From the NCBI GenBank assembly GCA_038257035.1, contig JBBSJT010000009.1:1-34878 (forward strand): DNA of 34,878 nucleotides, written 5' to 3'. Every line of letters begins with the position of its first letter. The first letter of the stretch is position 1. The DNA comes from Chlamydiia bacterium (GTDB lineage: Bacteria; Chlamydiota; Chlamydiia; Chlamydiales; Parachlamydiaceae). A program made the position numbers and the translations under genes. Positions 1-9,301 of this stretch are shown piece by piece. A model generated the notes under the pieces. That model was not told where the DNA came from and searched no databases. It saw only the letters and a program-made list of their open reading frames with translations.

Positions 1-94
1 AATGATATTGTATAAAATGCAGGCTGTAGGCCTGCTTTATAATTATCCTAAAATACTTTGTTTAAGCAACTTACTCCTTAGCTTAATGCGCATG

Positions 95-180
95 CGCTGA
101 CGCGGCATGATAAGCAGGATAATATCAACCTTTAGCAATTCAGAAGGTAGATATTATCCTGCTTATCGTGCCGCGCAGCG
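95..180. repeat. Long GC-rich inverted repeat (~37-bp arms, 11-nt loop)
   Basis: The left arm cgctgacgcggcatgataagcaggataatatcaacctt (95-132) is the near-perfect reverse complement of aaggtagatattatcctgcttatcgtgccgcgcagcg (144-180). Confidence 0.85.
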
Positions 181-326
181 ATCGTGCATATCCTGTAAAA
201 AAATCGAGATGTTATATTAAATAGCTATATTTGTTTTACAAGTTTCACGTTTCTATCTTTTTAGCATCTTTCGTTAATACTAGCCATGAATTTAATTGTG
301 CATTCGTAGCTAGTTATATGTGATCC

Positions 327-1658
327 CTACCAGGATTTGGAGCGGCTTGTTGAAGACTTCTCGTAAGGCTTTTTCTCTGCAGGCTTACTTGATTTACGGG
401 CAGAAAAATGTCCTCGTGGTGCTTGGCTTGGCGTATTCCCTCTTGGCTGATGCGGTCTTGATTGGTGCGGTCTTGGCGAATTACTGTTTCTTCCGTTTGG
501 AATAGGTTCTGCTGCAATACTTGGATCTACATCATAGCCTGGTTCCATTTTCTTATCAATTTTTCGCTTAAGAAGTTTCTCAATATCTGCAAGAAGTTTT
601 TGTTCATCGATGCAAACAAGTGAGCAAGCCCAACCTTCGTTTCCTGCACGACCGGTACGACCAATGCGATGCACATAATCTTCAGGAACATTAGGAAGCT
701 CAAAATTTACAACATGTGGCAATTGGTCAATGTCAAGTCCTCTTGCAGCAATGTCTGTTGCAACAAGCACTCGAATAGCGCCCGATTTAAAATCGGCAAG
801 CGCTTTAGTTCTGGCATTTTGGCTTTTATTGCCATGAATTGCTTCAGAAAGAATTCCTGCATTGCTAAGGTGCAAAGCTAATTTGTTGGCGCCATGTTTT
901 GTGCGGGTAAAGACTAAAACTTGGGTCCATTTATTTGAAGAGATTAAAAATGTAAGAAGTTCTTTTTTACGCTTATTATCTACAGGATAAACAATATGTG
1001 TAACAAGTTCTGTCGGAGCGTTTTCTCTTGCGACTTCGATTGTTTCAGGATTGTTTAAAATACTGTTGGCAAGAGTTTTAATTTCTGTTGAAAAAGTTGC
1101 TGAAAAGAGTAAGTTTTGTCTTTTGGCAGGTACGAGTTTTAGAACTTTTTTGATATCATGAATAAAGCCCATATCCAACATGCGGTCAGCTTCATCGAGG
1201 ACTAAAATTTCAACTTTAGAAAGGTCAAGAGCTTTTTGAGAGACAAGATCTAAAAGTCTTCCCGGGGTGGCAATCAGAATGTCAACACCGCTTTTTAATT
1301 TTTTAATCTGTGCATTTATGTTAACACCACCAAAAATAACTTCTGTTTTAAACGGTAAATGTGTTCCGTAGGTTTTAACACTATCTGCAACTTGGGCAGC
1401 AAGTTCGCGGGTGGGTGTTAAAATTAATGCACGCACATCGCGGCTGTTATCTTTTTTTCTGTTGTCCATTAACACTTGCAAAAGAGGAAGTGTAAAGCCT
1501 GCGGTTTTTCCGGTACCTGTTTGAGCGCTCGCTAAAATATCGTGACCCTTGATGATGAGGGGAATAGATTTAATTTGAATGGGTGTAGCTTCTGTGTAGC
1601 CTTTTTCTTCGATGGCTTTAGTGATTTCTTGACGAAGACCTAGATTTTTAAATGACAT
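327..1658 (-). CDS. rhlE: ATP-dependent DEAD-box RNA helicase (RhlE-like)
   Basis: Q motif (GYTEATPIQ), [30 protein letters not shown] and [10 protein letters not shown] motifs, plus a basic disordered C-terminal tail. Confidence 0.93.
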   Translation of the reverse strand: MSFKNLGLRQEITKAIEEKGYTEATPIQIKSIPLIIKGHDILASAQTGTGKTAGFTLPLLQVLMDNRKKDNSRDVRALILTPTRELAAQVADSVKTYGTHLPFKTEVIFGGVNINAQIKKLKSGVDILIATPGRLLDLVSQKALDLSKVEILVLDEADRMLDMGFIHDIKKVLKLVPAKRQNLLFSATFSTEIKTLANSILNNPETIEVARENAPTELVTHIVYPVDNKRKKELLTFLISSNKWTQVLVFTRTKHGANKLALHLSNAGILSEAIHGNKSQNARTKALADFKSGAIRVLVATDIAARGLDIDQLPHVVNFELPNVPEDYVHRIGRTGRAGNEGWACSLVCIDEQKLLADIEKLLKRKIDKKMEPGYDVDPSIAAEPIPNGRNSNSPRPHQSRPHQPRGNTPSQAPRGHFSARKSSKPAEKKPYEKSSTSRSKSW

Positions 1659-1883
1659 TGTTTCCTATGATGTTTTTTAGTTTCTAATCATTTATAATAC
1701 CACACCATTTATTTTAAAGATAGAAATAATCAACAGTTTTTTTTGATTTTTTAGACACTAAGACATTTAGATGTGAAAATATATAAGATTTGCTGAGGCT
1801 GTAAATATTTTTTTTGAAATTAATGTTGAAATGATGCAATGTGAATTTTAATTCAAATTTTAACTTTGCAAAAGGAGGCAATG

Positions 1884-4388
1884 ATGATGAGATTAAAAAA
1901 AATGCTTATGGTATTTTTTGTTATCGCATTTTTACAAACCAATGTGTCAGCAATGACAACAAACGGTGATCAAATATTAAATTCCAATGGACAGCCAATA
2001 GAACTTCACGGAGTCAATTGGTTTGGATTTAACAATGGCCAAACAATGGTCGATGGTCTTTGGAGTGGTTCAGGGGCAATAGCCGGCGATTTTGCAACGG
2101 TGGTTTACCGTATGCAACTGCTTGGATTTAATGCTGTACGTTTGCCGTTTAGCTTTAAAGACATTTATAATTTATCACCGGTCGGATTTGCCGGACCCTG
2201 TCAAATACCAACGACAAGCCAAATTCAGGCGAGCGTAACAAATCCTTTGATTGCTGTTGTTGGTAAAACCATTCCTGCAATGATTGCCCCACCACCAAGA
2301 ATTGAGGGTCAGTGTGATAATTATTTTCCAAACGACACCACACTCAATCGTTTTTTGTGGACAGTGAATTTTTTTGCAAAAAATGGATTTTATGTCTTAA
2401 TTGACAATCATCTAAGAGAAGATCAAACGGTTTTAGAGAATAAAGCAAAATGGGTTCAGCAATGGACAGATCTTGTTACAAAAATTTCTCAAGATCCGAT
2501 TTCAAAAAAAATGCTCATGATCGATATTTTAAATGAACCCGATGAATATGGCATTCAATGGGAAGCTTCCTCTTCAAGACCTGGGCTACAGGAGCTTTAC
2601 ACTCTTGTGATGGATGCGGTTTATCCGATCAATCCGGAAGCGTTGTTTTTTATTGAAGGTACAGGTCAAGGTAACATTGGAGCTAATTGGGGAGATGGTT
2701 TTGCAACAAGTCAAAGTGGAATGAGCAATCCTAGTGCATTTTTTAATGCTTTATTTACAAAGCCTTATCTTAATCAAGTAGTTATTTCGCCCCACGTGTA
2801 CCCACCAAGTGTTACCGGTGCGACACAAAATTTTTCGGGTCCAGGCTTAAATGCAAGATTATCTGAATCATTTGGTTATTTGACAAAAACCGGATATTGC
2901 AATGGCACCATCTGTAAAACATTTCCTGTAGCTATCGGTGAGTTTGGTTCTCGTTTTGAGACTCCAAACGATATAACCTCGATGCAAGATATTGCAAAAT
3001 ACCTCAACAATACAGGCACTGGAGCTGATGGCAAACACAACGCTATAAAAAATTGGTTTTACTGGTCTTGGAATGCTAACAGCAGTGATACCGGCGGAAT
3101 AGTTGCTGATGATTGGCTAACAATTATTTGGAAAAAAATTGATTATTTGGCAACTATTGGGCTAAAACCTTGGTATAGTCAAGCGGTAAATCCTGTAAAA
3201 ACAGGCTCTTTATGTATATCAGTCCAATCCGTTGACGGCTTGAATCCAAGTGATTTAAAACCTATTGTTATTAACAATCAGTCTTTTGCTTTTACAGATT
3301 TAAATCAAACCGTCTGTCAAACACTGCCTGTTGGATCCTATACTGTAACAGCTCCAACCCTAACAACCGCAACAATGAAGTTTACGGCGAACCCGCAAAC
3401 GATCACTGTTACCGATGGTGGGACTACGACTGTTACTATAGCTTATGTAGGTGTACCAATTATAGTTCCTGCAAAAACTGGTAAGGCTTGCATAACGATT
3501 AAATCGGTTACCGGTTTAACAAAAACTGATTTAAAATCCATTGTGATTAATAATCAGACCTATGCATTCACTGATTTTAACATTGCTGTCTGCAATACAT
3601 TACCTTTTGGTACTTATACTGTAACGGCACCAACTCTAACAACCCCAACAATGAAGTTTACAGCAAGCCCGCAGACAATCACTGTTACCGAAGGTGGTAC
3701 GGCGAATGTTTCAATTACTTATGTAGGAACTCCAATTGTAACTCCTGTAAAACAGGGTAAGGTGTGTGTAACAATCAAACCGGTTACGGGATTAGCAAAA
3801 AGTGATTTAAAATCAGTTGTGATTAGCAATCAGACCTATGCATTCACTGATTTTAACGTTGCTGTCTGCAATACATTACCTGTTGGTACTTATACTGTAA
3901 CGGCACCAACCCTAACAACCGCAACAATGAAGTTTACAGCAAGCCCTCAGACAATCACTGTTACCGATGGTGGTACGGCGAATGTTTCAATAACTTATGT
4001 AGGCACACCCATTGTGGTTCCAAGCCAGGACATAACTGCTACTGTTCAGGTCGGTCCAGGTTGGCAGGAAAATCCGGGATCCGGAATTTATATGAACACA
4101 ATCAATGTTTATGTAAAAAATAATAGTTCTGTAAAAATAGCAACACCATGGACGATTGCTGTTACGAACAGTTCATATAAGAGTGTGACTTCATTTTGGA
4201 ATGTTGTTTATAAGAGCATTCAAAATGGTCAGATCAATGGGACTGTAGTGGAAGGATGGCAGGCTTTGTTGCCTAATGGTCAGAATGCCGTGAATTTTGG
4301 TATGGTCATTACTTCTTCTTCATCAAACTTTATACCGACATCAATCTTGATTAACGGTAAACCTGTAGCAATAACAATTGCACCGTAA
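1884..4388 (+). CDS. Secreted glycoside hydrolase family 5 (cellulase-like) with three tandem beta-rich repeats and a C-terminal CBM2/CBM49-like module
   Basis: Signal peptide, GVNWFG, GFNAVRLPF, acid/base DILNEP, ISPHVYPP, nucleophile IGEFG and WFYWSWNANSSDTGG. RBS aggagg at 1873-1878 precedes ATGs at 1881/1884/1887, so the exact start is uncertain. Confidence 0.88.
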   Translation: MMRLKKMLMVFFVIAFLQTNVSAMTTNGDQILNSNGQPIELHGVNWFGFNNGQTMVDGLWSGSGAIAGDFATVVYRMQLLGFNAVRLPFSFKDIYNLSPVGFAGPCQIPTTSQIQASVTNPLIAVVGKTIPAMIAPPPRIEGQCDNYFPNDTTLNRFLWTVNFFAKNGFYVLIDNHLREDQTVLENKAKWVQQWTDLVTKISQDPISKKMLMIDILNEPDEYGIQWEASSSRPGLQELYTLVMDAVYPINPEALFFIEGTGQGNIGANWGDGFATSQSGMSNPSAFFNALFTKPYLNQVVISPHVYPPSVTGATQNFSGPGLNARLSESFGYLTKTGYCNGTICKTFPVAIGEFGSRFETPNDITSMQDIAKYLNNTGTGADGKHNAIKNWFYWSWNANSSDTGGIVADDWLTIIWKKIDYLATIGLKPWYSQAVNPVKTGSLCISVQSVDGLNPSDLKPIVINNQSFAFTDLNQTVCQTLPVGSYTVTAPTLTTATMKFTANPQTITVTDGGTTTVTIAYVGVPIIVPAKTGKACITIKSVTGLTKTDLKSIVINNQTYAFTDFNIAVCNTLPFGTYTVTAPTLTTPTMKFTASPQTITVTEGGTANVSITYVGTPIVTPVKQGKVCVTIKPVTGLAKSDLKSVVISNQTYAFTDFNVAVCNTLPVGTYTVTAPTLTTATMKFTASPQTITVTDGGTANVSITYVGTPIVVPSQDITATVQVGPGWQENPGSGIYMNTINVYVKNNSSVKIATPWTIAVTNSSYKSVTSFWNVVYKSIQNGQINGTVVEGWQALLPNGQNAVNFGMVITSSSSNFIPTSILINGKPVAITIAP
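3192..4019 (+). repeat. Three intragenic 276-nt (92-aa) tandem repeats
   Basis: Units start at 3192, 3468 and 3744 (PVKTGSLC / PAKTGKAC / PVKQGKVC ... GxYTVTAPTLTTxTMKFTAxPQTITVTxGGT). Units 2 and 3 are nearly identical at DNA level in their 3' two-thirds. Confidence 0.92.
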
Positions 4389-4399
4389 GGTTTGATTTA

Positions 4400-4433
4400 G
4401 CGACCGCTTACCTTCAGGTAAGCGGTCTTTTTT
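4400..4433. terminator. Rho-independent terminator between convergent genes
   Basis: gaccgcttacc-ttca-ggtaagcggtc perfect stem followed by a T run. Confidence 0.85.
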
Positions 4434-4444
4434 ATAAACTTAAA

Positions 4445-4774
4445 TTATCTAAGTTTATCTTTTACTTTATCAAGGCCATTTTTGGTTTTGTCAATACCAT
4501 CTCTAATGCCTTCCTTGGTTCTTTCCTTAACCTTATCATATGTGTCTTCTGTTTTGTCCTTAACATTTTCATATGTTTCTTTAGTTTTGTCCCTAACATT
4601 TTCATATGCTTCTTTAGTTTTGTCCTTAGCTTCATCGTACTTATCTTTTGTATAATCGATGGCATCATCAACCTTTTCACCAGGTGTTCTTTGATGAGCT
4701 TCCAAGCCGGTATTTTGTGTACCGATAAGGCAAGCGCAGCTAAGTAAAAGTACAAATAGATTATTTTGTTTCAT
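4445..4774 (-). CDS. Exported LEA-like/YtxH-like 11-mer repeat protein, copy 1 (109 aa)
   Basis: RBS aaaagga before the ATG at 4774, a hydrophobic signal peptide, then K/D/E/T-rich 11-aa repeats (AKDKTKEAYEN VRDKTKETYEN VKDKTEDTYDK). Confidence 0.8.
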   Translation of the reverse strand: MKQNNLFVLLLSCACLIGTQNTGLEAHQRTPGEKVDDAIDYTKDKYDEAKDKTKEAYENVRDKTKETYENVKDKTEDTYDKVKERTKEGIRDGIDKTKNGLDKVKDKLR

Positions 4775-5036
4775 ATAAATCCTTTTGTTAAGTGGTTGTA
4801 ATTGATCCAAAACATTTTAGAAACATATTCTAAAAAATTGTAAAAGCAAATTGTTTAACCAGTTTGAGTGTACAGTAATTAAAAAGAAAAAAGCAACGAT
4901 TAAAATTATTGTTTTACAATAGTTTGTACGTTGTTCTATACTTTTTTTATAAGAGTGTTAAAAAGAGATTGCATTGGAAGATTTGTAGGGCTTTGATGCT
5001 GTGAGGGCAGAATATAGACAGTAAGTTGTGTTTTGT

Positions 5037-5067
5037 GACCGCTTACCGTAAGGTAAGCGGTCTTTTT
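5037..5067. terminator. Second copy of the same terminator hairpin
   Basis: gaccgcttacc-gtaa-ggtaagcggtc-ttttt; the stem is identical to the one at 4402-4427. Confidence 0.8.
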
Positions 5068-5081
5068 GATATAAACTTAAA

Positions 5082-5342
5082 TTATCTAAGTTTATCTTTT
5101 ACTTTATCAAGGCCATCTTTGGTTTTGTCAATACCATTATTAATGCCATCCTTGGTTTTATCCTTAACATTGTCATATGTGTCTTTAGTTTTGTCTTTTG
5201 CTTCATCGTACTTATCTTTTGTATAATCGATGGCATCATCAACCTTTTCACCAGTAGTTTGACGAGCTTCTAAACCGGTATGTTGTGTACCGATAAGACA
5301 AGCGCCAGCAATTAAAAGTAGAAATAGTTTATTTTTTTTCAT
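5082..5342 (-). CDS. Exported LEA-like/YtxH-like 11-mer repeat protein, copy 2 (86 aa)
   Basis: Paralog of 4445-4774, sharing GEKVDDAIDYTKDKYDEAKDKTK and GLDKVKDKLR, with two fewer 11-mers. Same RBS. Confidence 0.8.
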   Translation of the reverse strand: MKKNKLFLLLIAGACLIGTQHTGLEARQTTGEKVDDAIDYTKDKYDEAKDKTKDTYDNVKDKTKDGINNGIDKTKDGLDKVKDKLR

Positions 5343-5468
5343 ATAGATCCTTTTGTTAAGTGGTTCAACCATTTATTAAGCGGTTAACCAATTCGAGCAT
5401 ACGCCCATTTAAATTAAAAAGGCAAACATTAAAATATTTAGTTGACAAAAGTTGAGCGATTGTAAAGA

Positions 5469-7421
5469 ATGAAATCCATGGATAATACAATGAATTTTTA
5501 TGATAGACCTAGCCCACAAGAGATTTTAGAAGCAATTAAGCTTGAGGAAGCTCAACGCAGTAAAGGACGCTTAAAAATTTTTTTAGGGATGGCGGCAGGG
5601 GTCGGAAAAACTTACGCCATGCTAGAAGAAGCGAGGACCTTAAAAAAAGAACAAATTAACGTACTAATTGGCACAATCGAATCGCATGGACGAGCCGAGA
5701 CTGAACTTCTCATGGAAAGCTTACCCCAGATCCCCATGAAAATATTATTATATAAAGAAAAAGAATTTAAAGAGATGGACGTTGACGCCATCATTAGCCT
5801 GCATCCTAGTGTTGTTTTGGTAGATGAGCTTGCCCACAGTAATGTTCCGGGTTCAAGAAATGAAAAGAGATGGCAGGATGTAATTGAAATTCTAGATCAT
5901 GGAATCAATGTTTATACCACCTTAAATGTTCAACATATTGATTCTTTAAGCGAAACGGTTGTCGGCATCACTGAAATGAATGTCAGGGAAATCATACCTG
6001 AAATGATTATCGAAAAAGCCCATTCCATTCAGTTGATCGATTTAACTCCTGATGAACTTTTGCAACGGTTAAAAGAGGGCAAAGTCTACACAGCCGATCA
6101 ATCAGCGATTGCCATTCAACATTTTTTTCAGAAAAACAAGCTGACAGCTTTACGTGAAATCGTCCTTCGCTACGTTGCCGATAAAATTAATATTGAATTA
6201 AGCCGTATAATCAAAACAAAAGATGGCAAGATTGAATGGAGAACAAAAGAGAAGTTTCTTGTAGCAATCAGTTCTAACAGAAGCTCCCATAAGTTAATTA
6301 GAACTGCAAGGCATTTAGCAAGCCGTGTAAATGCCTTTTGGATTGCAGTTTATGTGAACACCGGTACAAGTAAAACTTCAGAGCAGATGCTACAACTTGA
6401 AAAAAATTTTAGATTGGTAGAAAACTTAGGGGCAGAAGTAGTCACTATTAATGATCCGGATATTGCCAAAGGTATCAAGCGAGTCGCTTTTCAGCGCGGC
6501 ATAACTCAAATCATTTTAGGAAGAGCGTCAAATAATTATTTTCACTCTTTATTCCAAGGCTTAAACTTAATGACTAGGCTTTCAACAGAGTGTAGAAATG
6601 TTGATATTCACGTCATTAGAGAAGATAAGTACACGGATTTTGAAAAGAAAAAATCATTTTCTTTTCCTGTGCAGTCAAAAATTTTAGATTATTTTAGCAT
6701 TTTACTTTTAGTACCCTTGATAGGATTGGCAAGTTTTGCAACGCTTTCACTTTTGGGTTATAGGGTTGCCGAATTCTTATTTTTTATTAGCGTAAGCGCT
6801 TTAAGTATTTTTTTCAATACAGGGCCCATTATTTTTGCTTCGATTCTGTTTTTTCTTATTTGGAGCATTTTTTTTATCCCGCAACTCACCCACTCTCCTT
6901 TCTCAGAGACAGAAGATTTAGTAATCCTACTTTTATATGTCTTTACTGCTATTGGTATCAGCTTTTTTGCAGATAAATTTAAACAACAATTTTTTATAAA
7001 TAATAGTACAAAACAAACTTCTCGTTTCGAAGAAATTTTAAGCTCCATTGATGGTTCAGCTACATTGAATGAAGTTTTTGAATCTATTGAATCAGAAATG
7101 CCAAAAAACTTAGACGGCAGTTATAAATTTGTTATTAAAACTAATAGTTTATTTAAACCCGATGAAATCCCTCTACTAAGTCAACCAAAAGAGCTTAATA
7201 CTGCTATATGGGCCTTTGAGAATGGTCAAAAAGCAGGCTGGTCTACAGAAACATTACCATTTTCTGAAAACCTTTATATTCCACTTAAAGTCTCTAATGA
7301 GACTTTCGGCCTTTTAATTTACAGATCACCAGATAAACGTCCGCTGACTGTTGATGAATATCATTTATTAGATACTTTATGTAAAGAAGTTGCATGCTAC
7401 ATTAAAAAGCGTTCAGGCTAG
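5469..7421 (+). CDS. kdpD: KdpD-like sensor (KdpD N-terminal, USP, 4-TM DUF4118-type and GAF domains) lacking the histidine kinase domains
   Basis: GRLKIFLGMAAGVGKTYAML, VDELAHSN, KRWQDV, TTLNVQH, a USP region, four TM helices and a GAF domain (YIPLK...FGLL). The ORF stops right after the GAF domain. Confidence 0.8.
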   Translation: MKSMDNTMNFYDRPSPQEILEAIKLEEAQRSKGRLKIFLGMAAGVGKTYAMLEEARTLKKEQINVLIGTIESHGRAETELLMESLPQIPMKILLYKEKEFKEMDVDAIISLHPSVVLVDELAHSNVPGSRNEKRWQDVIEILDHGINVYTTLNVQHIDSLSETVVGITEMNVREIIPEMIIEKAHSIQLIDLTPDELLQRLKEGKVYTADQSAIAIQHFFQKNKLTALREIVLRYVADKINIELSRIIKTKDGKIEWRTKEKFLVAISSNRSSHKLIRTARHLASRVNAFWIAVYVNTGTSKTSEQMLQLEKNFRLVENLGAEVVTINDPDIAKGIKRVAFQRGITQIILGRASNNYFHSLFQGLNLMTRLSTECRNVDIHVIREDKYTDFEKKKSFSFPVQSKILDYFSILLLVPLIGLASFATLSLLGYRVAEFLFFISVSALSIFFNTGPIIFASILFFLIWSIFFIPQLTHSPFSETEDLVILLLYVFTAIGISFFADKFKQQFFINNSTKQTSRFEEILSSIDGSATLNEVFESIESEMPKNLDGSYKFVIKTNSLFKPDEIPLLSQPKELNTAIWAFENGQKAGWSTETLPFSENLYIPLKVSNETFGLLIYRSPDKRPLTVDEYHLLDTLCKEVACYIKKRSG

Positions 7422-7526
7422 AAGAGCAGATGTTGTTTTTTAACACTGAGTACACAGAGGAGCAAGAGAGAGGCAAGGGGCAAGGGAGGCATATATACTG
7501 GTGCTACTTGAAAGTAAAAAGTTTCT

Positions 7527-7638
7527 GATTTTTTACCAGTGAGTCAGTGAGAAAGACATGAGGTCAGAGAGAACGTTATGAATTCATAGCCCCTCACTGA
7601 CCTCATGTCTTTCTCACTGCCTCACTGTTAAAAAAATC
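7527..7638. repeat. 112-bp palindromic dispersed element (MITE/REP-like), copy 1
   Basis: gattttttaccagtgagtcagtgagaaagacatgaggtcag...ctgacctcatgtctttctcactgcctcactgttaaaaaaatc; homologous to 34379-34490. Confidence 0.9.
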
Positions 7639-7804
7639 GAAAATGTTATAGATTGTAGAGGTCCAAATTTTTTCACTTATCGCGCTTTCTTCGCGTTTCT
7701 TCCCGCAGCGTAAGCTTGCGCTTCTTCTTAGTCCTTCGCGGTAAAAAGGTCCCCCTTAGCGGTTGTAAAAGGTGGATAACTTTGTGTCCTCTGTAGAGAA
7801 AAAA

Positions 7805-9097
7805 TTATAAGGTTTTTTTGAGGTTTTCCAAGATTTGGACGAGGAGTTTTTGAGACTTTGCAGTATCAGACAGTTCTTGCTTCATTTGGCGAAGCTTCTG
7901 AACGATTAATTCTTTTTCACTTACATTCAATGTTTTATGTTTATTTAAAAACGTTTGAATCTCTTCCAAAATTTTTTCCGATCTTTTTGTGCATAATTCA
8001 ATGGCATTTAATGGGATTTGATTTTGTGCGAGCTGCAAGTGCAGAGTTGAACTAGTGGTTAATCTATTTTTTTGTGACGCTTCTTGTTTCACATATTCAA
8101 GAATTTCTTCCTTCACATCCACTTCTTTTTCAAGGTAGATGTTTCGAGAATCAAGAAGTGCAAAAGCCTCCTCCCTTTCATTAACGACTGCTGCAATAAT
8201 TAATGATGCAGCGATCGTTACGGCAATAAAGGTGATTATTGATGTAAGTTCAACACCTTCATAACCTTGGGCATTAGCAAAGGCAATGGAGGCTGCTGTC
8301 ATCAGAAAGATGGCAAGTGAAGCCCCGTGCATCCTGAAAAGATAGGCTGCCCAGATACTGATCGGAACGAACAATTGGGGGAGAGTTAGTTTAAAATAGT
8401 AGGTGAAAAATGAAAATAAAACAAAAAGAAATGCCATCCAACTAATTGAAGGAATGTGATTTGAAAATTTAACATCGGTAGGTTGTAGTGACCAGATCAT
8501 AATGAGAGGTGTGATGACGTAAATACCTATTGTATCGCCAAGCCAAAATGTTAGCCATGCTGTTAAAATTAAGCTTTTGTCCAATTCTCCTAATAATACG
8601 AGAACAGCAATACCTATGCTACTACCAATCACGCAAGGCAGTAAACTTGCAGGAATGAGGAAAATGAAAATGTCTTTAACATTATGAAAAAAGAGGGGTG
8701 TGGAATAGTTTTTCATGATGTAGGCACTAATCATTGCCTGAATAAGTGAGCCTATTGTAACGCAAAGTACCATCACACTAATGATAGATGTTGAAAATTC
8801 CGGTAGAAAAGCATTAAAGACGACAAAGTTATAGATAAAGTTACCTGCAAAAACACCAATTCCTACCTTGTATCCAAATAGGAGCAATGCGCTTAAAGAA
8901 AGTCCGGTGGCTGGCCAAAAAATAGAAATGAAAAGCGCCGGCCCCTCAATTCCCATGGATCTACCCCAAATAGATGCAAGGTAAATTCCTGCAATTAATG
9001 CTAAATTGACACAAAGACAACAAAACGGACTTCCCATTTTATTACTGCAGTAATTTACATTTCGTATTTTGCTCATGTCTTTCCTTGTACTATTCAA
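7805..9097 (-). CDS. MASE1-domain membrane sensor with a degenerate HisKA-like tail and no ATPase domain (start uncertain)
   Basis: IFWPATGLSLSALLLFG and TFWLGDTIGIYVITPL are MASE1 motifs. Multiple TM helices are followed by a coiled coil. Confidence 0.75.
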   Translation of the reverse strand: MNSTRKDMSKIRNVNYCSNKMGSPFCCLCVNLALIAGIYLASIWGRSMGIEGPALFISIFWPATGLSLSALLLFGYKVGIGVFAGNFIYNFVVFNAFLPEFSTSIISVMVLCVTIGSLIQAMISAYIMKNYSTPLFFHNVKDIFIFLIPASLLPCVIGSSIGIAVLVLLGELDKSLILTAWLTFWLGDTIGIYVITPLIMIWSLQPTDVKFSNHIPSISWMAFLFVLFSFFTYYFKLTLPQLFVPISIWAAYLFRMHGASLAIFLMTAASIAFANAQGYEGVELTSIITFIAVTIAASLIIAAVVNEREEAFALLDSRNIYLEKEVDVKEEILEYVKQEASQKNRLTTSSTLHLQLAQNQIPLNAIELCTKRSEKILEEIQTFLNKHKTLNVSEKELIVQKLRQMKQELSDTAKSQKLLVQILENLKKTL

Positions 9098-9301
9098 TTT
9101 TTACAATAGGTAATAAAGTTAGTAATGTCGAGCGAAAAACAATAGTGTGGTGCTACAATAATTGCGGAATGATTAGGTGATGTTTCTAGTTTAATGTGGC
9201 GTCTTTAATATCGTCCCTAAGACGATCATTCGGTAATTTTCTTCAAGAAAAGGATACGTTATAGCTACAAATATTAAAAAATTTAAAAAACATATAATAA
9301 T

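Noticed and set aside
4462..4755. Alternate-frame 97-aa ORF within the LEA-like gene
   Set aside because: A by-product of repeat periodicity with no RBS.
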